DNA of 64,000 nucleotides from Promethearchaeati archaeon SRVP18_Atabeyarchaeia-1 (GTDB taxonomy: Archaea; Asgardarchaeota; Atabeyarchaeia; Atabeyarchaeales; Atabeyarchaeaceae): assembly GCA_037308085.1 (NCBI GenBank), contig CP147779.1, positions 2,304,001 to 2,368,000 of the forward strand. The letters run 5' to 3'. Below are positions 19,694-29,800 of the stretch, in pieces. The number at the start of each line of letters is the position of its first letter. Positions within the stretch are counted from its first letter, which is position 1. Under the pieces are notes generated by a model. That model was not told where the DNA came from, did not search any database, and saw only the letters and a list, made by a program, of their open reading frames with translations. The position numbers and the translations under genes are program-made.

Positions 19694-20509
19694 ATGATAA
19701 AAGCGGTTTGGATCCTATTGGACATCGGCCCGTGCCTGTACAGGTACGCTGCAGAGAAGCGATTCCAGGAGACAGATGAGAATCTCTTCTCAGGTTTCTT
19801 TGTTGCTTTGGAGACCTTCGCAAAAAGCATTGGCAGCGAGGAAGTCTTGAGAGTCGAACTGAGAGACTTGGCTCTTTGGTTCATGAAGGAAGCCAACGTC
19901 GTCTTCGTTGTGGCATCCGACAGAAGCGAGGATATGACTGAGATTCTGTTGAAGGTCAGTCGAGTGTTCAGTGAGGCTGCTCCAGATCTCCGTGCCCCTT
20001 TCTATAATCCACTTATCTCATCTGATGTGGCGGCACTCGAACAGAGGATTGATTCCAAAATCAGGGAGGTAATTCTATCACCAGTACCACCAGTTGGGGG
20101 GCTTGCCGAACAACTTGCCAAGGTAAAGGATGCGGTGACTTCGGCACTGCGCAAACCTCGCCCAGCCAAGCAGTCTGTCATAGCTGTGCAGGCTATCAGG
20201 CCAATTGAGGAGACAATTCCAGAACCCACTGAACCCAAGACAACTCAGCAACATGTTAGAGTGACGGGGGAGATGATTCCGAAACTGGAAAGGCCCCTAA
20301 CAGATGTTCTTAGAGAGAGGGAAAGACTCGTCAAGCGCTTCGGGGTTGCAGCGGTAGACATATTACATCATGCTGATGGCAAAATGACAGTGAGCGAAAT
20401 AGTAGCGGCGTCGAAGGCAGAGAAGAGTACGATTGAGGACGTTCTGAGTTTTGCTCAGAAGTTGGGGATTGTTGAATTCAAACAGAAAAAGCAGTATGCA
20501 AGCCCCTGA
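19694..20509 (+). CDS. Longin domain protein with C-terminal winged helix
   Basis: MIKAVWIL..G.CLY...DENLFSGFF.A..F longin, Pro-rich linker, then ILHHADGKMTVSEIV...LGIV wHTH. Confidence 0.7.
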   Translation: MIKAVWILLDIGPCLYRYAAEKRFQETDENLFSGFFVALETFAKSIGSEEVLRVELRDLALWFMKEANVVFVVASDRSEDMTEILLKVSRVFSEAAPDLRAPFYNPLISSDVAALEQRIDSKIREVILSPVPPVGGLAEQLAKVKDAVTSALRKPRPAKQSVIAVQAIRPIEETIPEPTEPKTTQQHVRVTGEMIPKLERPLTDVLRERERLVKRFGVAAVDILHHADGKMTVSEIVAASKAEKSTIEDVLSFAQKLGIVEFKQKKQYASP

Positions 20510-20930
20510 GAGAACGAGCCCAGGGTTTTTTGCCCAGCCTTATGATCTTACGAGTCATGCTTGGCGTCGTTACTTCTAGTCCACAGAGTTATACAAGCTG
20601 CAGGCCTTGCCAGCACCTTTGTTGGGAGAGGGCACTGCTAGTAGCAGTCTAAACTCTGAGATCAGGTTGCCGAGGTCATCAACTGAAGGAATCCGAAAGC
20701 GGGGAGGGGCATGAAGAGGTCATACATTGGGGTCTTCAGAGTTCTCACGAGAGTCTTCCCTTGGGTTTGGGACGGACTAGAAATAGAGGGTTCGGATCCT
20801 GGGCACTTTGCTCGGAACCTGTGGGAACCCTTTTCATTCATCTTACTTCAGCCATCGACTCGGATCCAGAGCACTTAAGCGAGTTCCTGTAACTCTTCCC
20901 TTTTTCTTGATTTTCTTGGACTTCTATGTC

Positions 20931-21914
20931 TCATGCCTTCCATTTCTTTATGGTTACCCTTGTTCCTCTGCCGACCTCAGTTTCGATGCTGAACTCATCC
21001 ATGAGACGCTTCGCGCCACCAAGCCCTATTCCCAGACCCCTCTTGGTGCTGAAACCACCTTCGAGGGCCTTCTCAACATCTGCGATCCCAGGTCCGCTAT
21101 CGTCTGCAATTATCACGATGCCCACTCTGTCACCCTCCTCAATGGGTTTAATGGCTATCCTACCGGCTCCATGAGCATGAGCCACGATGTTCTTTGCGAG
21201 TTCAGAAGTCGAGATTGCAATCTTGCTTTGGTCGGCTTCCGAGAAGCCTAGTTTCTTCGCCAGGTCCTCCGCTTTCTCAGCCGCGGTCATTGCACGGGCA
21301 TCACTTGAGGCATCCACCCCTTCAACAATGGATCCGAATTCCTCCTCGTTCTCAACCGCGATGGCTATGGTGGCATCATCGTTTCTATTCCCCCATTCGT
21401 CCAGGATTCTTTCAGCAACGAATTGTGGTTGTTCGTAGGCCAGGGGATAATCGGATAAACTAAACCGCCCGGAAACCCCATCTGAATAAAGAACTACCGC
21501 TCTGAGTGTGTCGTATGTGTATCCGAATTTCATAATCTTCCTAGCATTTACTCCGAGTATACCATCTAGCGAGGTAGGATGCATCGGGGGCTCGGCAACT
21601 ATTGATACATCGACATTCCCAATGCCACAAAAAATGAGTCGGTGTGCAGTTCTATCAATCCTTACTGCCCCTGCGACCACGCCTCTCGTCCCACGTAAAT
21701 GGGTATGAAGACTTGAAACGATCTGTTCGACGTCTCTCGTGTGATTCTCTAACACATATTGTCTTGCCTTAGTAGACGCAACCGCTGCTTCTTCCCCGTG
21801 ACCGAGTCCGTCTATTACGACGAGAAGCGTCTGCCCATTCCATTCCTTTACGAGATAATCGTCACCATTTGTATTCTGGTCTAATGCCGGTCTGGATGCA
21901 ATACCTAATTTCAA
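20931..21914 (-). CDS. rsbX: RsbX-like PP2C phosphatase fused to a C-terminal RsbT-like kinase
   Basis: NGD, IDGLGHG, GIGN, SDG and DDAT phosphatase motifs, followed by ELAKN, DSGPGI and GLGIGL GHKL kinase motifs. Confidence 0.85.
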   Translation of the reverse strand: MKLGIASRPALDQNTNGDDYLVKEWNGQTLLVVIDGLGHGEEAAVASTKARQYVLENHTRDVEQIVSSLHTHLRGTRGVVAGAVRIDRTAHRLIFCGIGNVDVSIVAEPPMHPTSLDGILGVNARKIMKFGYTYDTLRAVVLYSDGVSGRFSLSDYPLAYEQPQFVAERILDEWGNRNDDATIAIAVENEEEFGSIVEGVDASSDARAMTAAEKAEDLAKKLGFSEADQSKIAISTSELAKNIVAHAHGAGRIAIKPIEEGDRVGIVIIADDSGPGIADVEKALEGGFSTKRGLGIGLGGAKRLMDEFSIETEVGRGTRVTIKKWKA

Positions 21915-22117
21915 GCGTTCTTCACACCCACTACGAGTTTCCTGCCGTCGGACGAGCTCATTCCTAAACTGTCACCTGTATTGTTGCCTGCTTACGAGAA
22001 TGGGTTCTGGATTCCATACCTCAAGTCCATGATCCCTGTCAATTATCTTTTACCGGGGTGAAGAGGAGATCTCTCGGCTTCCGAGCTCGAAGGAAGTTAT
22101 CTCCAGCTCTCCCTACT

Positions 22118-23074
22118 CTATTGTTTCTTGCTCAGCCTCAGCCCGAGTTTCTCGTACGCGTATTCTAGTCCTTCTCGCAACGTCCTGCGTGTCACGATGC
22201 CCTGCAGTTCCACACCGAGCTCCACTAGCGTAGCTGCCACATCCGGCCTAACCCCCGCGATGATCATCTCTGAGCCCATCAACCTCACGGCTTGGATCGT
22301 GCGCAGAATATGATTGGCTGCCTTCGTGTCAATCGCTGCGATGCCGCTAATATCCATAATGACGATCTCACTCTTAGCTCGTACAATGTACTCCAAGACA
22401 GATTCAGTGAACTGCCTCGCACGAGCAGAATCAAGAATACCTATCAGCGGCAGCATCACAATGCTCTCCCAGACCTCAACGATAGGAGTAGAGAGTCTTC
22501 TGATCATCTCGTCCCTTTCCTTGAGTTCATCCATGTTCCTTTTGGCTTTAATCTCCATCCGATTGCGCATTAACGCTTCGACGATGCTCACGGAGAGGGT
22601 CTCCACAGCCCCCTGATCAGTGGGATCATAGCCTGACTCCTTGTTGGCCAAAGCAATCATACCGATCGTCTTACCAGCATATTTCAACGGGACGCCCAGG
22701 AAAGAGGCTATCGGTGGATGCCCTTTAGGAGTTCCAACCCAATCGGGGTGTGTCGAAGGGTCATTGGTTATCATAGATCTCTCATCTTTCAGTACTCTCC
22801 CCCAGATCCCCCGGATCTCCAAGTTCCTAAGCAACCTCGCGGCTTCCGATCCCGGCATCCTACACTCAGCCCAACCTGGGTCACTCAAAGCAATACAGTC
22901 ATAACGACCAACTTGATTCACTTCACCTATGAAACCGAACTTGCTACCGGTCAAGCTCTCGGCAACGGCAAGGCAGGTCTTGCAGAGTTGCTCTTCTGTT
23001 TCACATGTCAACGTTTCCCTGAGAATCCTGTTTACCCCCTCCAGAATGTCGCTCCTATCAATGTCTTTTCTCAC
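22118..23074 (-). CDS. GAF-STAS protein (RsbR paralog)
   Basis: GAF domain (P.GHPPI..FLGVPL, LANK) plus STAS domain (LSTPI, PLIGILDS.RA, DISG...IDT). Confidence 0.88.
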   Translation of the reverse strand: MRKDIDRSDILEGVNRILRETLTCETEEQLCKTCLAVAESLTGSKFGFIGEVNQVGRYDCIALSDPGWAECRMPGSEAARLLRNLEIRGIWGRVLKDERSMITNDPSTHPDWVGTPKGHPPIASFLGVPLKYAGKTIGMIALANKESGYDPTDQGAVETLSVSIVEALMRNRMEIKAKRNMDELKERDEMIRRLSTPIVEVWESIVMLPLIGILDSARARQFTESVLEYIVRAKSEIVIMDISGIAAIDTKAANHILRTIQAVRLMGSEMIIAGVRPDVAATLVELGVELQGIVTRRTLREGLEYAYEKLGLRLSKKQ

Positions 23075-23204
23075 CTCTTTCTCACCACCCTAGTTCTATC
23101 AGAAATCCGGTCTGAGAAACAATCCAAGCTTCTTTCCATAATCAGATCACGTTGCCACAAAACCGCGACAGAAGTCTGGGAGCAGTATGAAATCCGAAGC
23201 ACCC

Positions 23205-23609
23205 TCATAACCACTTTCTTATCGTTACTTCAGTACCTTCTCCGACCTTGGTCTTGATGTCGAACTCATTCATTAGTTTCTTGCTGCCTGAGAGGCCCAT
23301 GCCCAGCCCTCTGCTTGTGCTGTGACCCCCTTTCAGGGCCGATTCGAGATCTCTTATACCAGGTCCGTGATCCTCGACAACAATCTCTATTCCACGTCTT
23401 CCTTGTCTGTCGACCGGTCTGATCGTCACCATCCCCTTGCCTGCGTACTGGAAGGCGTTTCTGGCAAGCTCGGATACTGCGGTTGCTATCCTCGTTTGGT
23501 CCATGTAGTTGAACCCCATGGCTTCCGCTATCGCCTTCGCCTTGACTCTAGCTATCACTATATCAGCCTCGCTCGTGACTTCTAAGGCCACAATCGACAC
23601 CTGCACCAT
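23205..23609 (-). CDS. rsbT: Stressosome serine/threonine kinase RsbT
   Basis: DIVIAR, ATAVSELARN, D.GPGI, GLGMGLSG.KKLM.EF, KW. Confidence 0.92.
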   Translation of the reverse strand: MVQVSIVALEVTSEADIVIARVKAKAIAEAMGFNYMDQTRIATAVSELARNAFQYAGKGMVTIRPVDRQGRRGIEIVVEDHGPGIRDLESALKGGHSTSRGLGMGLSGSKKLMNEFDIKTKVGEGTEVTIRKWL

Positions 23610-23611
23610 AG

Positions 23612-23986
23612 TTACGGTCTCCCTGCCTGACGAAGGATCTCCATACCTTTCTCAAGATCTCTCGCTGTGTGAACTTTTTCTAGCGAGAACCCCATTTCCA
23701 CCAGCGTCATCGCAACGTCGGGTCTTAGACCGGTAATTACAACTTGGGCGCCCATTATATTCGCAGCTGTCGCGATCTCACCTATTTGTCGCACAAGGAA
23801 GCTGTCCACAATATCTATCGCGCTCACGTCGAGGACAAGCCCTTTCGCCTTCGTTTCGACGATTCTCTGAAGTATTTCATCTTTGTACTTCACAGCCAGT
23901 CTGTCATGGAGCGGCACCTGCGGAGAGGTGATTAGAAATTCTCCTGACTTCAAGATTGGAATGGTAACTTTCTCCAAACCTATCAT
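23612..23986 (-). CDS. rsbS: Stressosome STAS protein RsbS
   Basis: IPILK, LHD, IVDSF (phospho-Ser site), G.RP.VA.TLVEMG. Confidence 0.92.
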   Translation of the reverse strand: MIGLEKVTIPILKSGEFLITSPQVPLHDRLAVKYKDEILQRIVETKAKGLVLDVSAIDIVDSFLVRQIGEIATAANIMGAQVVITGLRPDVAMTLVEMGFSLEKVHTARDLEKGMEILRQAGRP

Positions 23987-24828
23987 CTCGCACTAGTCCT
24001 AGTCAGTTTCAATCCCAGCTTCGCGTATGCATACTCAAGCCCATCTCTCAACGTGCTACGCGAAACGATGCCCGATAAGTCGATGCCAAGCGTCACGAGA
24101 GTTACTGCGACATCAGGTCTAATACCAGTAACCACGACCTCTGAACCCATTAGTCTCACAGCTTGTATTGTCCGAAGGATGTGACTGGCCACCTTTGTAT
24201 CGATCGCGGTGATGCCACTGATGTCCATGACGACGACTTCTGTCTTTGATCGCATTATGTTCTCCAGAATCAACTCAGTGAGCTGCTTTGCACGAGAAGA
24301 ATCAAGAATCCCTATCAGAGGTACCATCGCGATGCCTTCCCAAGCGCTGACGATAGGTATGAGCAGTCTCAGGCCCATCTCTTGTTGCTTGATGACGGAT
24401 TCCTTTTCGGTGACGAATGCGGAGGCTACAATGTTCAGGATTTTGCGTGCCACTGGCTCGTAGACGGCAATAACCGCACTGCACGTTTCTGGGTCTTTAT
24501 AGTTATTTTCAAAGATGAACCGACCGTACAGGTCTCTCAGAATCAGGAAGCCTGCGATTATCTGCTCAACCGTCATCGATGCCAGAACTCCTTTCTTAGC
24601 AACATTCGCTGCATATCTTTGGGCTGATTCGTATGATCCAGTCTTCAAGCACAATAGGCATTCGTTGTAGATCGCTCTCGACTCCTCCTCTATCTCCCTG
24701 GGGGAGAGGGACACGAGTAGACCAGATTGTCGCATTTCATTGATCCACCGCGACCTGATCTCGTCTGCATTCTGCTCCAGCAGATTACTTAAAGTCCTTA
24801 CAAGTTCCTGGCTATTCTTCTTCGACAT
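23983..24828 (-). CDS. rsbR: Stressosome sensor/co-antagonist RsbR
   Basis: Helical N-terminal domain plus STAS domain with LDS.RA and IDT.VA phosphosites; overlaps the rsbS start. Confidence 0.9.
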   Translation of the reverse strand: MSKKNSQELVRTLSNLLEQNADEIRSRWINEMRQSGLLVSLSPREIEEESRAIYNECLLCLKTGSYESAQRYAANVAKKGVLASMTVEQIIAGFLILRDLYGRFIFENNYKDPETCSAVIAVYEPVARKILNIVASAFVTEKESVIKQQEMGLRLLIPIVSAWEGIAMVPLIGILDSSRAKQLTELILENIMRSKTEVVVMDISGITAIDTKVASHILRTIQAVRLMGSEVVVTGIRPDVAVTLVTLGIDLSGIVSRSTLRDGLEYAYAKLGLKLTRTSAR

Positions 24829-24980
24829 CCCACTCTCATCTCCATAGTCATTTGCGTCATAATCACTTTAGAACCTTTTACATTCCTTTCTGCGTGGAAA
24901 GAAATCCTTGAAAACCTGAATAATATAGGCAATTTCTCCACTCCTGCTCCATCTGTGCCTAGAACAAGCCTGGTTGTCCT

Positions 24981-25544
24981 TCATAGTCTGATCACCTCAT
25001 CGCAGAATTGTCTTACCGTCGAGAGGACATTCCCTTCAACTGAACCCTCAACCGCGAAAATCGCACCGTCAAACCCGAGAACCCTAAGACGGCCAACCAG
25101 GAAGTGAAGGAAATGAAGCAGCGCGCCCGAGCTATTGTAGACTAATAGAGTTGAGAGTGAGTCGATTAATAGCCATGAGTCATCTCTCTTGCAGTTTAGT
25201 AGTTCGACAGCCTTCTCGAAAGCCATCTGCGTGGCTGACAACTCAGAGGGTGATGCTACGTTGAGGCTACCTTTCACCTCACTAGACCCGACACTCTTCG
25301 ACACGAGATCTATGACGTAGGTTTTCTCAGTCTCAAGAGACTCTCTTAGGTCAAACCCGTAGACCCTCAGCTTTTCGACAAGATCCTTTGTCGACCTATT
25401 TGAGGAGACGTAGATCCCTTTATCATCCTGCCTATACCTTAAGAAGTCTGCCACAATCTTCATCGGGTTCTCACTGACAGGAACCTCCAGTAGCACGACG
25501 GACTTGGGCACAACGCGTTTAAGCCTGTCCTCAAGTTTCACCAT
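24981..25544 (-). CDS. Inactive KaiC/RecA-fold protein
   Basis: Lacks Walker A but keeps GIYVS, ID.VS, LIDSLSTLL.YN and FCDEVI. Confidence 0.75.
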   Translation of the reverse strand: MVKLEDRLKRVVPKSVVLLEVPVSENPMKIVADFLRYRQDDKGIYVSSNRSTKDLVEKLRVYGFDLRESLETEKTYVIDLVSKSVGSSEVKGSLNVASPSELSATQMAFEKAVELLNCKRDDSWLLIDSLSTLLVYNSSGALLHFLHFLVGRLRVLGFDGAIFAVEGSVEGNVLSTVRQFCDEVIRL

Positions 25545-25563
25545 TTGAATATCGTACCTCGTG

Positions 25564-25881
25564 TCAAATCATTGATCTCTTCTTAATCTCCTCAATAGCG
25601 GTTTGCAACTCCATATCCTTGAGAAGAGCGTAATCCACATTTAGCTTATCACACAATGTCTTCAGAACCAGTCCGTCTATGACTTTGGCCCCCAGCTTGA
25701 AGATGTCTTTGATCGCTGTGGCAAAGTCTTCAAGCCTTTTCGGGATCTGGTCCTTCCTAAGTGAGAGGGCGGCCGCCAGGTAAGTGTACAGGAGCGATCT
25801 AGTACTCTCACCCAAATTCAACATCGCATCGTCTATTGAACTGAGCAGGAGTTCCTCAAAGCTATTTGGTTCGCTACTCAA
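25564..25881 (-). CDS. Small helical KaiC-associated output protein (DUF3227/NitrOD5-like)
   Basis: SID..L..LGES....Y.YL....IP...E.F...I..IF..GA..I pattern; lies between KaiC-like genes. Confidence 0.6.
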   Translation of the reverse strand: MSSEPNSFEELLLSSIDDAMLNLGESTRSLLYTYLAAALSLRKDQIPKRLEDFATAIKDIFKLGAKVIDGLVLKTLCDKLNVDYALLKDMELQTAIEEIKKRSMI

Positions 25882-25935
25882 CTAGCTACCTCCCTACGTT
25901 CGCTGCTTGAAGATACGATAGATTAAACCAGATTA

Positions 25936-26640
25936 TCATCTACTGGCAGCGGGAATTGAGGACACGCTTATGCCTTCGGACGTGATATAGAAGTCGTGGC
26001 AATCCAATGAATGGTCGACGCCACGCATCTTTGGAATGTAGATCCTTCTCCTAACCTTGTTTTCCTCCAAACTCGATTCGAGGATGATTAGTCCGTCAGC
26101 TAGGAATTCCTCAAATCCCATTCCTATCTCCCTCTTGCCCCAGGGAATCTCCAAGATGAGGAGGGTTGTGCACCCAGTATTCGAAAGCAACTTGCTCATC
26201 ATTGAGATGAAGCTGCGGGCCTCAGACCTTGTGTGGACATAAGTCATGATAGCGGAGAGGCTGTCGACCACGAGTCGCTTGGCACCAAGTTCCGTGATGG
26301 AAGAGATCAGCTCTGCGAGGTTCGCTTCGACGCCTCTGTCGCTTGCCGACTGTACAAGGTCTAGAACGCTGAGCTTTCCTCCTTGCCCCAGCTTGTCCAG
26401 ATCCCAGCCAAGTCTGAGCATATCTCGCTTGAGCTTGGCGGCGCTCTCAACAAAGGATGCATAGATCCCCGGCTCATTCAGCAGCGATACACCGTTATAA
26501 ATGAACTGCATACCAAGAGTACTTTTCCCGGCGCCAGGCTGACCCGCTACCAGAATCACGTCTCCCTCATTGAAGCCACCGTCAATTATCCTATCCAGGG
26601 AAGGGATCCCCGAAGACAACACGTTTCTTCTCAATCTCAA
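25936..26640 (-). CDS. KaiC-like (RAD55) single-domain ATPase
   Basis: SSGIPSLD, GQPGAGKS, VVDS, EEFLADG, KMRG; TTG start at about 26640. Confidence 0.92.
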   Translation of the reverse strand: MRLRRNVLSSGIPSLDRIIDGGFNEGDVILVAGQPGAGKSTLGMQFIYNGVSLLNEPGIYASFVESAAKLKRDMLRLGWDLDKLGQGGKLSVLDLVQSASDRGVEANLAELISSITELGAKRLVVDSLSAIMTYVHTRSEARSFISMMSKLLSNTGCTTLLILEIPWGKREIGMGFEEFLADGLIILESSLEENKVRRRIYIPKMRGVDHSLDCHDFYITSEGISVSSIPAASR

Positions 26641-26886
26641 TATCCCCCTGCATGATCGTCCCACCTTAATGGATACGGAAATGATTACCGCTGAACCTTA
26701 AAAGGATTTGACCGAGCACCGCATTACCGATGCTCCCTGGTGCGAGATTCGCATCGCACGTCCCCCCTCCCCCTCGGAGCGTTTGGTGTTGAGTCTTTCA
26801 CATCCCGCTTCACCGATGCGCTCCACAACATTTCCGACGGAGTTGCTTGGATATCATAAAAAGGGAGTGAACTCACTTCCATAGAC

Positions 26887-29800
26887 TCACTTTTCAGATT
26901 TCTTTGGAGCCGTTTGCGGCTTGGCAGATTCCTTTAGGTCATAGGATGATCCCAGCAGAGCTGGTGTTAGTATCTTCTCAAATAGCTCGATGTAGGGCTC
27001 CCCTATGCTCACGAGACCAACAAGCTCAGTGTCCTTTTGCGCCATCGGTGCGAAAAGTATCTCTTCAGAGTCCTTTGAACACCCGTAGCACGATAGATCT
27101 GCAGATGCTCTGAGGCTAACGTTTCCCATCTTAGCTATCTCTGCCAGTGTCTGCATCTCCTTTTCGTCACCTTTTGTTTCTCCAACGACCAGTGTTACTC
27201 TCGTCGCCTTCTTGACTTTGGGGATTTCTTCCAAGGGTGCCTCTGACACTGTTGGAAGCATGATCATTATGTGGCTCTTCGTCCGCTTTATCATATCCTG
27301 TACGTGTGACATCAGTGCCACTTTCGTCACCACAGGCCAACTCTTCTCGCCTCCAAACATCGGGCTCTTCTCAAGTTCCATCCAGGCGCTTTGGAGGACC
27401 CATTCAACGCTGGCGGATGTCTTCCTCAGCTTATCGATGCTCTCACTGAGGTTCGCCAGAGACTTCCTAGTCTCCTCTTTAAGTAGCGCTTCATTTTTGT
27501 CTATGTAGCCGATGAGAGTCGAGTCAGTGTTGGTCATGGAGTTCTCGAATCTGGTTTGGTGGGTCAGCATAGTCTCTTGGAGGTTCTTTTCGTTTACCAT
27601 TGATATCTCTCTGTATCTTTCGTAGGACCTCGATAGGAGGTATCCACATGTGCCAGCAGCACCAAATGCCTCTTGCTCGTAGTCCTGCAGGTGCGATGAG
27701 ATCACTCTTTGGAACCTCTCCTTTGCGCCGGCAGCTTCTGACTTGAACTCTCCAAGTGAAGTATTTGTCAGCTTGGTCAATGACGTGCAAATTGTAGATG
27801 TGGTGTCGACCATTGTGTTGATCTGTTTGTTTGAGACATCATTGAGTTCTTTCACAGTTTTGCCCGTGAGCTGCTCAATTTGTCCGGAGAGGTTCTCTTT
27901 CGACTCTGAGACTCTAGTCGTGGATGCTTCCACGAGGTTCTTGATTTCCTCCATTGCCTGTCCACTGAAGCTGGTAAGATCCCTCTGTAAAGCTGCAGCC
28001 AAGTTGTCGAACTCACCCGTGACGGCCGCCATCGCTCCCCGAATAGAGTTGGTCGTAGTCTCAGTAATCTCCTTACTCGTGGCGAAAGTAGAGCTAACCA
28101 GTTTGTTGACGTTAGATTGAATTAATGATCTTGCTCCATCAGAGTTCTTCGATGTCTGCACAACAAGCTGCTGCAGATTGGACTTGCCCCGTTGGATGTG
28201 CCCATCCAGCTGGTCGAGGTGCTTGGCCAGAGCCGCTTCTAGGGAAGCATGCGTTTCTGCGGCTAGATCACTAATTTCCTTTGTATGCAAAGCGTGTTGA
28301 GCATTCGCGCTTTCAATCAGCTGCTTCTGGATCCTAGTCAGAGACGCAATCTGTTTTGCATAAAGGTCAGCCAAAGCCTTTCTTGCAATCTCGCTCTCGC
28401 CAGCGTACTGCTTCGCTGAAACATCAATCATGTCCAGCACCAGATTCTCGAAGCTCCCGACCGATGAAGAGTAATCTGCAAATCTTGGCAGCAGGCTTGC
28501 TGCGACCACTTCACCCTTCTGTAGCTCGAGTCTTGCGTTCTTGATATTTGTGGATGGTGCCGCAACGACATCCGTTTGGATCCCTGTGATTTCTTCCTCG
28601 AAAGAACGGTGCGCAGTCGCAACTTCCTCCTTCAAGTATTTCCTCAATTCGTCAGTCACTCTCTTCTCAAAACCTTTCAGCACCTCCCTGACCTCTGAAG
28701 TAATGGAGGTCTTTCTTGCGGCTCCTGGTGACTTCTTGGTTGAAACTCTTGCGGGGTTCTCAGCGATTGGGATTGAAGGAACCGATGCAAGAATTCTTTC
28801 AACTATGCCATTCATCTCCTTCTCTAGGGCTGGGAAGTAGGAGGAAACTTTGCTCTCTGCTTTCTGAGACAGTCCTGACAACAGGGCGTCATTCTTCTTA
28901 CCCAGTGCGATGCTCATCTTCTGCAGATTCCTCTCAATGTCAGATACAACGGTTCCCAAGGCGTTGTTGCAGCCGGGGATTATTGTCGAGAGAATCGACT
29001 CTAGAAATGATGTTGTCAGCTGACATGATGAGATATGCGACGTAATGGTGCCGCTTAAGGTGCCTTTTATCGCTGAAGCAGCTCCAGTCAGATTGGCAAG
29101 TCCGCTTGAGTATACTTCTTCAACCCTCGCTCTTAGTTCCTCGAAAGAGGGCTTTGTTTTCGCAGCGACAGACTCAACCATCGTTTGAGCTGTCGAGCTG
29201 ATCTTGTCACCTTCGCGGATTGCGCTATTCACTAATATATCCAAGCTTCTGGAGACGAGCTGAGCTGATTCATTTACATCTGCCTTGTACATGAACCACC
29301 ATTTGCCAACAGATGTTGCGGTCTTCTCCTTGAATTCTGCTAGAAGTCTAGTCAGTTCTGCCGTGAAACTCTTCGTCGTCTCGTCAACTGAGGACTTCAA
29401 CTTGCTTAGGTTGGAGGAAGCCGACTTCATGAAACGATCTGTCACTTCTCTGATGTTGGACTGAACTTCCAGTGACTTCTCGCCAAAGGTTTTTCTCTGA
29501 TTCTCCAACGTTTCGGAACTCCGTGCCTTAACAGCAACTATAGTGGCTCTCTCTTTTTCCTCAAGTTTGCCCTGAATTGAGGCGATCTCGTTCTCAAGGA
29601 GAGTTAGGTTTTCTCTGCTCTGTGTTTTGTACTCTTGTAGGTCCGTGTTCACTGTCCCTAGGAACGTCTGAACCCCACCCTTGTAGCTCTCAAGGAAAGA
29701 CGAAGTCACGTCTGTTGCTTCCTTCAGATAATTCTTGGCAGCCGTATCGAACTTTGTCGTGACGTTGCCTATTCCTGAAGCCAGCTCCGCCTCTGCTTCA

